Source: Mobula hypostoma (taxonomy: Eukaryota). Taken from it: a stretch of 64,000 nt of DNA. The DNA lies in assembly GCF_963921235.1 (NCBI RefSeq), contig NC_086097.1:200262001-200326000 (forward strand). Direction: 5' to 3'. Made by a program: the position numbers and the translations under genes. Positions 12,947 through 25,304 of this stretch are shown here, in pieces (the first letter of the stretch is position 1; each line of letters begins with the position of its first letter). Under the pieces are notes generated by a model. The model saw nothing but the letters and a program-made list of their open reading frames with translations, was not told where the DNA came from and ran no database searches.

Positions 12947-13259
12947 CGTCAAGGAGTGATGCCTCAAAAAAGTTACATCCGATATTAACGACCCCCAACA
13001 CCCCGGACCTGCCCTCTTCTTATTGCTACCATCAGAGAGGAGGTACAGGAGCCTGAAGGCACAAACTCAACAATTCAGGAATAGTTTCTACCCCTCTGCA
13101 TCAGATTTCTGAATGGACTTTGAACCCATGAACACTACTTTGTTTTGCGCTAAGTTAATTTAACTATATGTGTACGTACACACATGTTGCAATATACTGC
13201 TGCCACATAACAACAAATTTCACAACATATGCCTGTGATATTAAGCCCGATTCTGATTC
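12947..13259 (+). mobile_element. Rex1/Babar/L2-like LINE 3' end
   Basis: LLPSERRYRSLK-like C-terminus; gattctgattc tail. Confidence 0.75.
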
Positions 13260-14725
13260 ATTGCTCTCCCCAGACTTCTGTCAGCTGCTGAGACAGAGAA
13301 CCTGGTACTCCCACATGTAGTTTGCCTCCACGCCTTCTCGCAGGACATGGTGTTGGACGGGGGCCCACAGTTCACCTCCTGCTTCTGGCGAGCCTTCTGC
13401 TCCCTCCTCTGCTCCTCAGTGAGTTTGTCCTCTGGCAATCGCCTGCAAACCAATGGACAGTCAGAAAGAGCCAAGCAGCAAATGGAGAAGTATCAGCAAG
13501 GCTTTGTTGCCATATGGAAGAATTATCTGCTCTGGGCCAAACTGCCCCAAAATTTACAACCCTCCTCTACAACAGGAATGTCATCCTTTGCAGTATCTCA
13601 TGGCTACCAATTCCCATTGGTGTCCAGCCAGTCTGCTCTGCCCTGGGGACAGTGTCTGGCTGTTCACCAGATATTTGCCCCTGAACACAGACTCCTCTAA
13701 CCTCTCACACCGGTTCATTTAAGATTACCCATCGCATTAACCCAGTCACTTACCTACCATGTCTCAAGTTGCCACCATCCCTCAGGATCACATCTACTTC
13801 CATGTGTCTTGCCTCAATCCCATTGTCCATGAACCATTCAACTCACCTAAGCCTGTACCTCTGGAAGCAAGGATGGTGGAAGGTGGTCCAGTGTACACTG
13901 TTCACTTGTTGATGGACTTGAGTCACCGTGTGTGGCGCATGGCCAAGTGGTTAAGACGTTGGACTAGAGATCTGAAGGTCGTGAGTTCAAGCCCCAGCCG
14001 AAGCAACACGTTGTGTCCTTGAGCAAGGCACTTAACCATACACTGCTCCAGTCCACCCAGCTGAAAATGGGAACCGGCAAAATGCTGGGGTTAACCTCAC
14101 GATAGACTGGCGTCCTATCCGGGGGGGGGGGGCGGGGGGGAGTCTCGTACTCTCAGTCGCTTCACACCACGGAAACCAGCATAAGCACCATCCTGATGAG
14201 CTTATAAGGCTCAGGGTAGACTTTAACTTTTTTAACTTTGAGTCACCGTGGACGAGGTGTATAGTACTTGATTGCCTGGGAGGGGTACATTCCAGAGGAG
14301 AGGTTTTGGGTGCCATCTATTTTCATCTTGGATCCATCGCTTATTGAGGAGTTCCATCACAGCCATTTGGATCATTGGGTACTGGCCATTGTGAGGAGGG
14401 GGAGGGGAGGGGAAGGGTCCTAACAGGCCTGCACGGGCAGGCATCTCCCAGTCTCCACCCAGCTAACAGGAGTTGCTTGCCTCCCACTTCCAAATCATCA
14501 CCTATTTAAACCCAGCTCTCATCCACAATCCTCGTTCACTCATATGAACCAGCCAGATGCTCCTAGCCTTTGGTTACCTTGTCGTGTTAAGCATCCATTC
14601 TCTCTTATGTTTTGGTCCCTCCTAGTTTGTTATTTTGCAGTTTATTAGTAAAATATTGTTTACTGACTGCTAAATTGTCTCTGCTGCTCTGCTTTTGGGT
14701 CAAGCCTGCTCTACAGTTCCTGACA
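13260..14725 (+). mobile_element. Gypsy element B, 3' half: integrase, chromodomain, PPT, 3' LTR (14421-14725)
   Basis: IALPRLLSAAET..DGGPQFTSCFWRAFC..QTNGQSER; FHVSCL; chromodomain-like [25 protein letters not shown]; purine tract 14394-14417; LTR ends tgaca. Confidence 0.88.
13931..14237 (+). mobile_element. tRNA-derived SINE with 13-bp TSD, inserted in the chromodomain of element B
   Basis: Box A/B head; (ctttaa)n-like tail; TSD ttgagtcaccgtg at 13918-13930 and 14238-14250. Confidence 0.9.
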
Positions 14726-14871
14726 GTCTGATTGTTGCAAATTTTATTGCTGCCAATTAAATAGTGCTCAATTGAAGAACTGGGCTTCAACACATAAAAA
14801 TATACATGAAGATTTTGTTTTTTTTTCCTTTTTCTTGTGCATTGGGTATCGGTAGAAAAGAAAATTTTTAA

Positions 14872-15160
14872 AAAGCCTACAGCGCAATACAGGCCCTTCA
14901 GCCCACAAAGCTGTACTTTTTTTCCTATAGTGAGGTGACCAGAACTGAGCACAGTACTCCAAGCAGGGTCTGACCAGGGTCCTATACAGCTGCAACATTA
15001 CCTCTCAGCTCCTAAACTCAATCCCACAATTGGTGAAGGCCAATGCACTGTATGCTTTTTTAACCACAGAGTCAACCTGTGCAGCAGCTTTGAGTGTCCT
15101 GTGGACTTGGACCCGGACCCCAAGATCCCTCCGATCCTCCACCCTGCCAAGTGTCTTACT
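14872..15160 (-). mobile_element. CR1 LINE fragments
   Basis: MLQLYRTLVRPCLEYCAQFWSPHYRK. Confidence 0.8.
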
Positions 15161-17269
15161 ATATTCTGTCATCATATTTTATCTTTTTTTTTCTTTAAAT
15201 GGGTTCTTTGAGATTTATTGCTTTGTGGCTACCTGTAAGCAAACAAATTTCAACGTTGCATAATTTATACATTTTTGATATTAAATGTACTTTGAATTCT
15301 GAATCTTTGCAAAATATTTTTGATTATCGGAGCTCAGTTTCAAATCTTTGAAAATTTGATATAATGCCCTTTTAGAGATTCACTTGTAGGGAAAGATGAG
15401 AAGTGGTTATTGTCCTGATGAGCCATTTTGCTAAAGTAACTTTAGCTGATCAAAAATATCCTAGGCTTGCCAATTCTAGATGAATAAATTCCAAGAGGAT
15501 TGCCACAGTATCATCCCTGACATGACCATCCACACAGATCTCTGCCTTTGATACCAACTGAGAAGCCGCCAGGATTTCCTTTTCCTGATCCTTGAAAGAT
15601 GTCATGTAGCTCCTGACATTAGTAAAAGAAGTGAAAATAATCAAAGAAAAGAAAAAACATATAGTTCCATGCAATTAATCTTTAATTCCAGTATTTTGCA
15701 TCTCCGTGAGCCCTAACTCAGTGTATCTCTCATAATTGTTCAAAATAATTTTGTGTGTATATGTGTGAGCTTTTCAGTCGAATACATATTAAACAAAGTT
15801 TACAGCAACAATGTTCACTCCAAAATATCAAAATAGTTTTGACATATAAAAAAGATTTTTTTCAAAGAAACAATATTCATGGAATTACTTCTTTGACAAG
15901 CTGATGCCCTTGGGAACTTGACATAATAAGATATGTATCAATAAATGGAAGGTTCATTTCATTGTGCTGAAGGCTAGCTTCAGACTGCCATATATGAAGT
16001 GTGAGGTTGTGAGCATCGTTACAACAAAGCATTTGCATCGTACACTGAAACTGCAGCAATGGCTGCAGACCAGAACCATTGAGCAGCAATCAATATTGCC
16101 TCCTCTTGAAATCAAAGTCAAAACAATTTCCTGTGTAAACCTTTTATTAAAATTGTAGATGTTTGAGTTGTGCAAAAAGCAAACATTTTAGTGTTTCGCT
16201 ATCTAATACCTGAAAAACTTAACAAGCCTGGGCTTATAAAAATATGATACTCTTCTTTGATCACATATTTTCTTTGATCACACATTTTTCTTTGTTTCAA
16301 CCTTGATTTATACAAAGCCTATCCTGTTTCGTGGCAGTATGATTTAAGTTTAAATCAATGAAGATTAGTCAATGTTGTAATGAATGAATTTGCATAGCAA
16401 AGTAGATCTAATTTGTGCATTGTTGGAATATAATTAGCATAATTAATCCATCTAGAAATTAGCAATTATATTTTTACATTGATTCAAATACTTGAATTAG
16501 TAACGCAAGTCAACACTAGATCAAATGCTCCTCATAACGCCATATAAATCTCCTTGGTATTTTCATTAAGGACACTCCAAGCACTTCAAAGACCATAACC
16601 CACTTAAATCTGCTTACATTTCCAGTACAAAGTCAGAGAATTAAGAGAATCCTAAAATACGATGTGCATTTTCATTTTAATTAAAAATTCCTGCACCAAC
16701 ACCCTTCTGCACTGTCAGGGAAGGATGAAGGTGATTGAGCACAGCAGGGCTATAAAAAAGATAAAACATAAATCCTGTTGACTAGCTACAGTGAGGGAGA
16801 CAAATGGTGTAATATTTAACATGTCACTATAATGCATTTGTGTGCAGTATCAGAAACAATGAAGAAGCATGAAAATTCTTTATTAGTAAGAAATCATTTC
16901 TGCTGCTTTTCTACAATGGGCTTTGAACTTAGTAGGATCATACTCTGGCTCTGATTGTAACAACACAGTTGAAGTTTTGCTCAGCTGTGAACCATGCTAC
17001 TCCAGTGTTCTTGATGAAAAAAGAAAAGAAACAAAATGTTCCTCCATAATGTATAATCGGCCAGCTCCAGAGCTGAGAAGTCTATGAACAGATTCAGAGG
17101 AATAAATGACTTCAATTAGCAGCATTTCCAGAGTGTGTGGGGTCAGCCAAATAGGCTGACTTAACTATTGCCCATTATATCCTTGTCCTGATTAGACAGA
17201 GATGCCTCATACCAAGTCCGTGCCAGTCATCAAATGCCCATTGAGCAGCACAATCCTGGTGGTAATATA

Positions 17270-18825
17270 CCATAAGAAAATGAGACCATAAGATATAGGA
17301 GCAGAATTAGGCCATTTCACCATGACTGATCCAATTTTTGTCTCCTGCATTCTCCCCATATCCCTTCATTTCCTCACCAATCAAGAATCTATCAACCTCT
17401 GTCTTAAATATATATAAAGACTTGGCTTTCACAGCTGCCTGTTGCAAAGAATTCCACAGATTCACAGCTCTCTGGCTAAAGAAATTTGTCCTGACCTCCA
17501 TTCTGAAAGGATGCCCCTCTATTCTGAGGCTATGTCCTCTAGTCTTAGATCCTCCTGCCCTCTCCACATCCACTCTATCAATGCCTTTCATCATTCAATA
17601 GCTTTCAATGAGGTCACCCCTCGTTCTTCTGAATTCCGGTGAATACAGGTCCAGAGCCATCAAACTTCATATGACAAAATGTTCAATCCTGGAATCATTT
17701 TCATGAACCTCCTTTGAATCCTCTTCAGTTAAAGTACATACTTTCTAAAATAAGGGGCTCAAACCTGTTCACAATACTCCAAGTGAGGCCTCATCAGTGC
17801 TTTATAAACCCTGAACATTACATCCTTGCTTTTATATTCTAGTCCTCTTGAAATGAATACTAATATCACATTTTCCTTTCTTCAACAGACTCAACCTGCA
17901 AATTAACCTTTAGGGAATCCTGCACAAGGACTCTCAATTCCCTTTGCACCTCAATTTTTTGGGGTTTTTTTTAATCTCCACTTAGAAAATCTTTTACAAT
18001 TTAGTTTCTTCTACTAAATTGCATGACCATACACTTCTTTGCCCATACTTCTAATCTGTCTACGTCCTTCTATAGCCTCTATACTTCCTCAAAATTACCT
18101 GCCTCACCACCTATCTTCATATCATATGCAAACTTTGCAACAAAGTCATCAATGCCATCATCCAAATCATTGACATATAGCACAAAAAGAATCGGTCTCA
18201 ACACAGACCCCTATGGAACACCACTAGCCACCAGCAGCCAACCAGAAAAGGCTCCCTTTATTCCCACTCTTTGTCTCCTGCCAATCAGCCACTGCTTTAT
18301 CCATGCTAGAATCTTTCCTGTAATACCATGGGCTTGTAGCTTGTCAAATAGCCTCATGTGTAGCACCTCGTCAAAGGCCTTCTGAAAATCCGAGTACTCA
18401 ACATCAACTAATTCTCCTTTGTCTATCCTGCTTGTTACTTCTTCAAAGAATTCCAACAGATTTGTCAGGCAAGTTTTTTCCTTGAGGAAACCATAATAAT
18501 GATGGCCTACTTTATCATGTTCCACCAAGTACCCTGAGATCTCATCCTTAATAATTGACTTCAACATCTTCCCAACCACTGAGGTCAGACTAACTGGTCT
18601 ATAATTTCCTTTCTTCTGCTTCTCTCCCTTCTTGAAGAATGGAGTAACATTTGCAATTTTCCAGTCTTCTGGAACCATTCCAGGATCTATTCATTCTTGA
18701 AAGGTCATTACTAATGCCCCCATGACTTATCTACCTTCAGATCTTTCAGTTTACCAAGAACCTTCTCCCTGTAATGGCAACTTCACACACTTCATGCCTC
18801 CTGACACCTGGATCATTCACCGTAC
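17270..18825 (-). mobile_element. CR1 LINE, 5'-truncated, degenerate RT
   Basis: VPEDWKIANVTPFFKKG..NYRPVSLTSVVGK..CLTNLLEFFEEVT..DFQKAFD; KTRGHSLR..FFSQRAVNLWN. Confidence 0.92.
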
Positions 18826-20909
18826 TGAGAGTATACTATACCAGAAAAAATCTGAAAAAATTCTAAAATAATTAAGAAATGTTACAATTCTGGTGGTAAT
18901 ATATTTTTTTTAAATGGTCATTGGAAGGGTCAGAAGGATAAGTATGAAGAATCATGCATAACTTTAGCTGTCCTAGTTGGAAATCACATTTGGGTAGCCG
19001 CCACACAGCAGATAAAGCAAACTTGTCTGGACCAAGAAGTAACGTAGAGATTAGTGCAACCCTCAAACCAACAGGAAGGGACTATGATAAAAACAGCTAG
19101 GATAATTGGCCGAAAAATCACATGGATATGAAAGTCACAACTTAAACTCATAACCTCCTCCTCATAATGAACCAACTGTAATCTCAAAATTAGACACCCA
19201 CCACCACCCTTGTATCATTGAGAAATCTGTAGATAACAATAGTGGAGACCAGGGTGGAGGAGCCCTCTACAGTTACGGGAAAAACAAATGTTATTAACTG
19301 AACTGCCTTCTGTAAGAAGTAGTGCAATGTTCCCTTTTGGTAGAAACTGAAGAAAGTGAGAGAGGCAAACCGTCTAACCCTTGAAGATATACACCTTCTG
19401 AAGGAGGCAAATTTACCTTGACAAGTCTGGTCTCTGGCCTTTATTTTTACTTCACCTCTTCAAACAGTATATTATGCAGGCTCTGAATGATATTGGACCT
19501 ATTAGGATACCCACAGCACCTTCCCTTATCTCATTTCCTGTGAGCACCCTTATTCTGCATATACCTTTTACTTTGACTCTTCACTGTTGTGAAGTGTAGG
19601 TTCAAATGACATTCTCTTTGTTCTATTAATGATTTGATATTGATGTTCAGTGGTTAGAATCCCAATTCCCCAGTACCTACCACCTGAAAAGCATGAATTC
19701 TAATGGACTGTATATCCCCGAATACAATGATGAAGCCTAGGTCACAGACAGTCAAGCAGTAATAATAGCTAGAATCAATGTCCATATTGTTGATATATCT
19801 CATCGTCTCAGCTAGTCATGTTGGATTTCCCTGACGCAGGTATCCACACCAGTCTCTGCTCAACCCCTTTCTGTGAGCAACCCCACTCTGCACATACTGT
19901 TGTGGGTGATGGCTACTGTTTAAAACACCCTTTATTTTTTGGATTCTTCAATAATTTCAAGTGTAGGTAAAAAGCAGAGGAGTCAATGGCAGAATGGGAT
20001 TCTCACCCAGCATTTGCACAGTGGCAAGGTAGAACTTTGCACCCACGTTCTGCAATGTCTTAAGGGTATGATATGTACTACTCACCAAATATCACAAACA
20101 ACATTTATCATATACTATGGTCTATCTATATACCAATTAATATTTTTAACATAACTATCAATAATTTAACATGATTAATCAGCAGAGTCTAAACTAATAC
20201 GTTAATTTGCATTGAAGAATCTACTAAAGCCTCTGTATTTATCCGAGCATTGATAAGGCACAAAATGAAAAAGCAGATGGATAGCAAGGAGTCAAAACTG
20301 ATTTCCAGACCATGGGATTAAACCCTGAGTCAGTCTTCCAAATGCTTTATTTTTATTTCATATAACTTACTCAAGCATCCTTCTAAATATTTTTAAAATG
20401 ATCCAGGAAATCAAAGTGTACTTTATTCAACTGCTGCCAATTTCTCAGAACTGGAATAGACAGGAGCAAGATGTGGGTCAGGAATTTATTCTGCTAGCCC
20501 TGCCAAAAGTGACAATTGATATATAATATGAATGTTCATACATGGCCAAACATACTGTAATGAAATTCAAAAAGATCATCCAATGCGTTTTCTGTCATTT
20601 GAATTTAGCAATACCAGGCATCAGGGATTCTCAAATGTCTCTGGCAATTGCTGTTGCTACGGCAACACTGGAGGCTATTTAAAATTTAAAGCTGGTGCAA
20701 TCAATTGCAGGATGATAAGTGCACAATCTTTAGAACAATTTTCAAATATTGTAACTATTTTTAATTTTTACCCAGCAGCAAAGGGGCCACCAGCCACAGT
20801 GGATGGTTGTACAACCAAGGTCAGGCATCGTTAATCTCTGTTGATCATCAATAGCAGCCTCCACAAAGGGGAATGCCAAAGTTTACTAGGTCAAGGCCAC
20901 ATCCTTGTG

Positions 20910-21050
20910 GGGAATATCTATCCTAAAATTTAGAATACCTATCCTGAAACCGGAAAAATTTCATTTACAGTTGGAATTCTAACCTGGGGCTGGAATATCT
21001 AGCCTGAGATTTAGAATCTTTACCTTGAGTTATGAATATCTTGCTCCAAC
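20910..21050. repeat. Degenerate ~20-21-bp tandem repeat, ~7 units
   Basis: Recurring (g/a)gaatatctatcctgaaattt-like units. Confidence 0.55.
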
Positions 21051-23379
21051 TTTCTAAATCTAGAATTTCTTTCCCAGTTCTGGTGCAACCCAGTAATTAT
21101 TGATCACCTATTTTCCAATGACAGCATGCAAAGGCTGCATTTTTGGATAGGGTTTTATGTTTAAAAATAAATTTAATATAGAACATGAAATTTTGGGGTT
21201 GAACAATTCCAAACACCTGCAAAACAGGAAGTTGAGCAGCTAAGAAGGAAATTAATGCTTCACTCAAAATTGGAGTCCCACTTTCCCACAATTTCCCAAC
21301 TTAGCATGTAAGATGGACAGATGGGGCAGCCAACAAAAGCAGTCAGTGGCATCATAAAATGCAGCTAAAAGGTGCCCAATTACATCATCTGGTCAGCAGT
21401 TAATTGGCTTCACCACTGTATTTCTGAAATGCCCACTTTGTGAGAACAGGAAGAATTTGAGAGTGACACAAAGGAAAACTACAGTTACCCAATGCGACTT
21501 TTCACTTTGATAAGACCATCCTGAAACCACTTACCTTACCTATGAGTTCTGTTCTATATCCAACGCTGTCGACCTCATGGAAACCTTTGCCACAGAAGAA
21601 CATGAATATCTGCATGTCCAACTATTTGCTTTTAGTCTTTGGCTTAATGAAGCTAGTGTTACATAGCTGAGACACAATAGCCAGGTATGTGCTAAAAAGG
21701 CAAATATGCATTTGAGTAATCAATTTTATTTCTCTGCATTCATTTCCTTTGTTTTGAAATAATGGCTATAATTTGTGGATTCATAATTGAATCCTTTGTG
21801 TACTTCCTTTACTACTTCAAAAAGAGCTACAACAAAATAATCAGTGTGTATTATATTGTGGACAGCACAGTGCATTTGAATTTTTTTCCAATATATTCTT
21901 GTTGCATATATCGTTCCATCTGAGACAGTCTATTTTTAACAACTCCTTTCAGTTAAGCTATGAAGAGAGAAAAAGAAAAAAAAAGTGAAATATCTGACTG
22001 ATCGAACCCAAAATTACAGGCACACTGAATATAAGGAGTTAATGTATCCCACACAGTCCATAGCTCCGCCCAGGCTCTGAAAATACATACAAAAATTCCT
22101 CACTGACATATTAACATAAGATTCTTTTATCCTTAAACATTCATTTGGAATCTGCACTTAAGCTGAATAGAAATAGATAGGACTACAATCCTGTGAGATT
22201 CTTTCATCACTTCTGAGCCACTGATTCTCCAAATATAGCTCTCTAAATTGCTAGGGATTGGTAAGCATTTTGCTGGCATAGCTCCCAATTTCAGCCATTT
22301 CACACAGTCTGCAGTTGTGAACACCTGTCACAGGCTGCAACACAAATCTTTACTCATTGTATTTGGAAGAATCTCTTTCCTTTGCATCTCATCCTAAAAG
22401 AATACAATGGAGACTGAAGTGCTTTGTGCTGAAAAACACACATTAAAACCATAGTGTATAATTAGCCTGCTTCTGTTTGTGCTGAGAGTGGTACAGCACA
22501 GAAAAGGAGCCCTTAGCACTGAAGTTTGTAGGTAGCAGAAAGAGGAATACTTTCATCTTTATTTTTATGCATCCTTGAGATATGAGCATCCATGTTGGAA
22601 GTTCTACGTTGTCCTCTTGATTGATATTGGGAACTATCGTGAAAACGTACCCACAATAACCAAAAGTTAAATGTGGGTCCCTGGGTTTCCCATTGTCAAA
22701 GGAGGAGAGCAAATAACTGTCCAAATCAGGATGGTAAATGCATTGGAGGCAAAATTGCAAGAATTGGTATTTCTGTGTGCTAGCCAACTGGTTCTCCCAA
22801 GTACTGGACGCTGCTGGTTTGCTATGTGCTGTTGAAGCAGCCTTGGTTGGTTATAGGAGTGCATTCTATTGATGTACAGTTGGCTAGGACTTGCAGTGAG
22901 AGAATATTCAGGGTGAACGTTGGGGTGATAAATAAATATGCTGATTAATCCCTCATGATCAACATATTGATTCAAGACCATAAGTCCAGTTAGGATTCAA
23001 ACAGAGAGGCAAAAGGCAGAAAATCTTCGGAATTTACTAGCACAAGGTACCCATACGCGAAGCTATGATCAATCGATTTTTGGACACTGAGGAAGGAAAT
23101 AGAGATTAGGTGCGAATAAGAATGTGAGGTATAGCATCAGCTGTGATCTTACTAAACAACAGAGCTTTGTCATGAGGTCAAACGGCTCACTCCTTCTTGT
23201 TACTTTGTTCATCTCACACTAGATTAAAGCACTAAAGCAGCCAAAGTAACTGATAATATGAGACTTTTTCCAAGATCAGGAGATAGCTATGGGTTGAGTA
23301 ATTTTGATAAAGCAAGTCGAGAGATTGGAAAACAAGCAGCAGTCCCATAGTGAAGTTACAGAGAATGGACAAACGATGC

Positions 23380-24610
23380 TTCCTGCTAACTCAACCTGCA
23401 GGTTAACCTTTAGGGAACCCTGAACAAGGACTCCCAGGTCCCTTTGCACATTTGATTTTTGAATTTTCTCCCCATTTAGAAAATAGTCTATGCTTTTATA
23501 CTTTCTACAAAAGTGTATTACCATACACTTCACTAAACTATATTTCATCTGCTACTTCTTTGCCCATTCACCTAATCTTCTGCAGATTCCCTGATTCCTC
23601 AACACTATCTTCTCCTCCAACTATATTCATAGTGTTTGCAAACTTGGCCACAAAGCCATCAATTCTGTCATCCAAATCATAGACATATAATCTGAAAAGA
23701 AACGGTCCCAATACTGACCTCTCTGGAACACCACTAGTCACTGGTAGCTAACCAGAATAAGCTCCCTTTATTCCCACTCATTACCTTCTGCCAGTCAGCC
23801 AATCTCCTAACCATGCTAGTATCTTTCCTGTAATACCATGGGCTCAAAGCTGCACACAATATTCTAAATGAGGCCTCACCAGTGGCTTAAAAAGACTTAG
23901 CATTACATCCTTGCTTCTACTTTAATACCAGCTCTTTCAAAATGAATGCAGACATTTTATTGAATTATTGAGTATGACCACAAACAAATAAATCTCAGGG
24001 TTGTATATGGTGAAATATATGTTACTTGGTAATAGATTTATTTTGAACTTTGCACTTGCCTTCCTTACCACCAACTCAACCTGCAAATTAATCTATGAGA
24101 GACGCCGCATGAGGACTCTCAAGTCAGATTGCATCTCAGATTTTTGAAGTTTCTGCCTGTTTAGACCATAAAATATTGGAGCAGAATGAGGCCATTTGGC
24201 CCATTTCATTGTGGCTGACCCAATTTTCCTCTCAGCCCCAATCTCCTGCTTTCTCCCCGTATCCCTTTATGTCCTGGCCAATCAAGAATCTATCAACCTC
24301 TGCCGTAAACCTCTATCTATGCCAGTATCTTTTCTGTAATATAATAGGATCTTATCTTGTTAAGCAACACCTTGTCAAAGGCCTTCTAAAAATCCAAGTA
24401 CACAATATCTACCACAACAGCTTCATCCATCCTGCTTGATATTTTTTCATACTGCAACAGATCTCCCTTAAGGAAATTATGTTGACTTTGGCCCATTTTA
24501 TCATGTGCCCCCAAGTACCCTGTGGCTCATCCTTAACAATTGACTCCAACATCTTCCCAACCACTGAGGTCAGGCTAATTGGCCTCTAATTTCCTTTCTT
24601 CTGCCTCCCA
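23380..24610 (-). mobile_element. Mosaic of CR1 LINE fragments
   Basis: YFLNGEKIQKSNVQRDLGVLVQ; several non-contiguous CR1 segments and tails. Confidence 0.8.
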
Positions 24611-24617
24611 TAGAACC

Positions 24618-25302
24618 CTATGGAAGAAAGGGAAGGGAAAGGAGCACCAGAGAGAGGTGAAAAAATAGGATCTCCCAGTGGCCACCCATTTTAATTCCAC
24701 TTACCTTTCCCATTCAGACATGTCAGTCCATGGCTTCCTCTACTGCCACAAAGAGGCCACACTCAGATTGGAGGAGTAACACCTTATATTCCATCTAGGT
24801 AGCCTCCAACCTGATGGTATGAACATTGATTTCACAAACTTTCAAACTTCCAGATTTCCCTTCACCAGTCCCATCACCATTTCCCTCTTTCACCATTTCC
24901 CATTCCTGTTTCCCCCTCTTGCCTTATCTCCTTACCTGCCCATCATCTTCCTCTGTGCAACACACCTTTCCATTTCTTCCATGGTCTTCTATACGCTCAA
25001 ATAAGATTCCCCTTTCTCCAGCCCTTTATATCTTTCTCCTATCTGCATCCCAGGCCTTCACTTCACCTCCCCCTGCTAACCCATCCCGGTTTCACCTATC
25101 ACCTACTACCTTATACTTCTCCCTCCACTCCCCGACATTCTTGATCTAGTTTCTCATCTTTTTTCTCCAGACCTGATGAAGGATCTTGGCCCGAAACGTC
25201 GACTGTACTCTTTTCCATTGATGCTGCCTGGCCTGCTGAGTTCCTCCAGCATTTTGTGGGTGCTGCTTGGAATCCCAGCATCTGCAGATTTTCTCGTCTT
25301 TG
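24618..25302 (+). mobile_element. Penelope-like 3' fragment/pLTR with a short inverted 5' piece
   Basis: DLPVATHFNS..GSLQPDGMNIDF C-terminus; pyrimidine-rich pLTR; conserved terminus. Confidence 0.85.
25169..25204 (+). ncRNA. Minimal hammerhead ribozyme motif
   Basis: aGAC-CTGATGA-aGGatcttggcCC-GAAA-CGTC-GACT: intact core and GUC triplet, one mismatch each in helices I and II. Confidence 0.7.
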
Positions 25303-25304
25303 TT

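Noticed and set aside
14168..14216. Hammerhead in the SINE tail (gaaac...ctgatgag)
   Set aside because: Helices II and III cannot be formed with the required GAAA placement
15555..15612. Candidate minus-strand host exon (strong pyrimidine tract plus cag acceptor)
   Set aside because: Peptides in the open frames are not recognisable and the donor is weak; needs RNA-seq or homology
16252..16293. Short tandem duplication (ttctttgatcaca..) x2
   Set aside because: Ordinary slippage-type duplication
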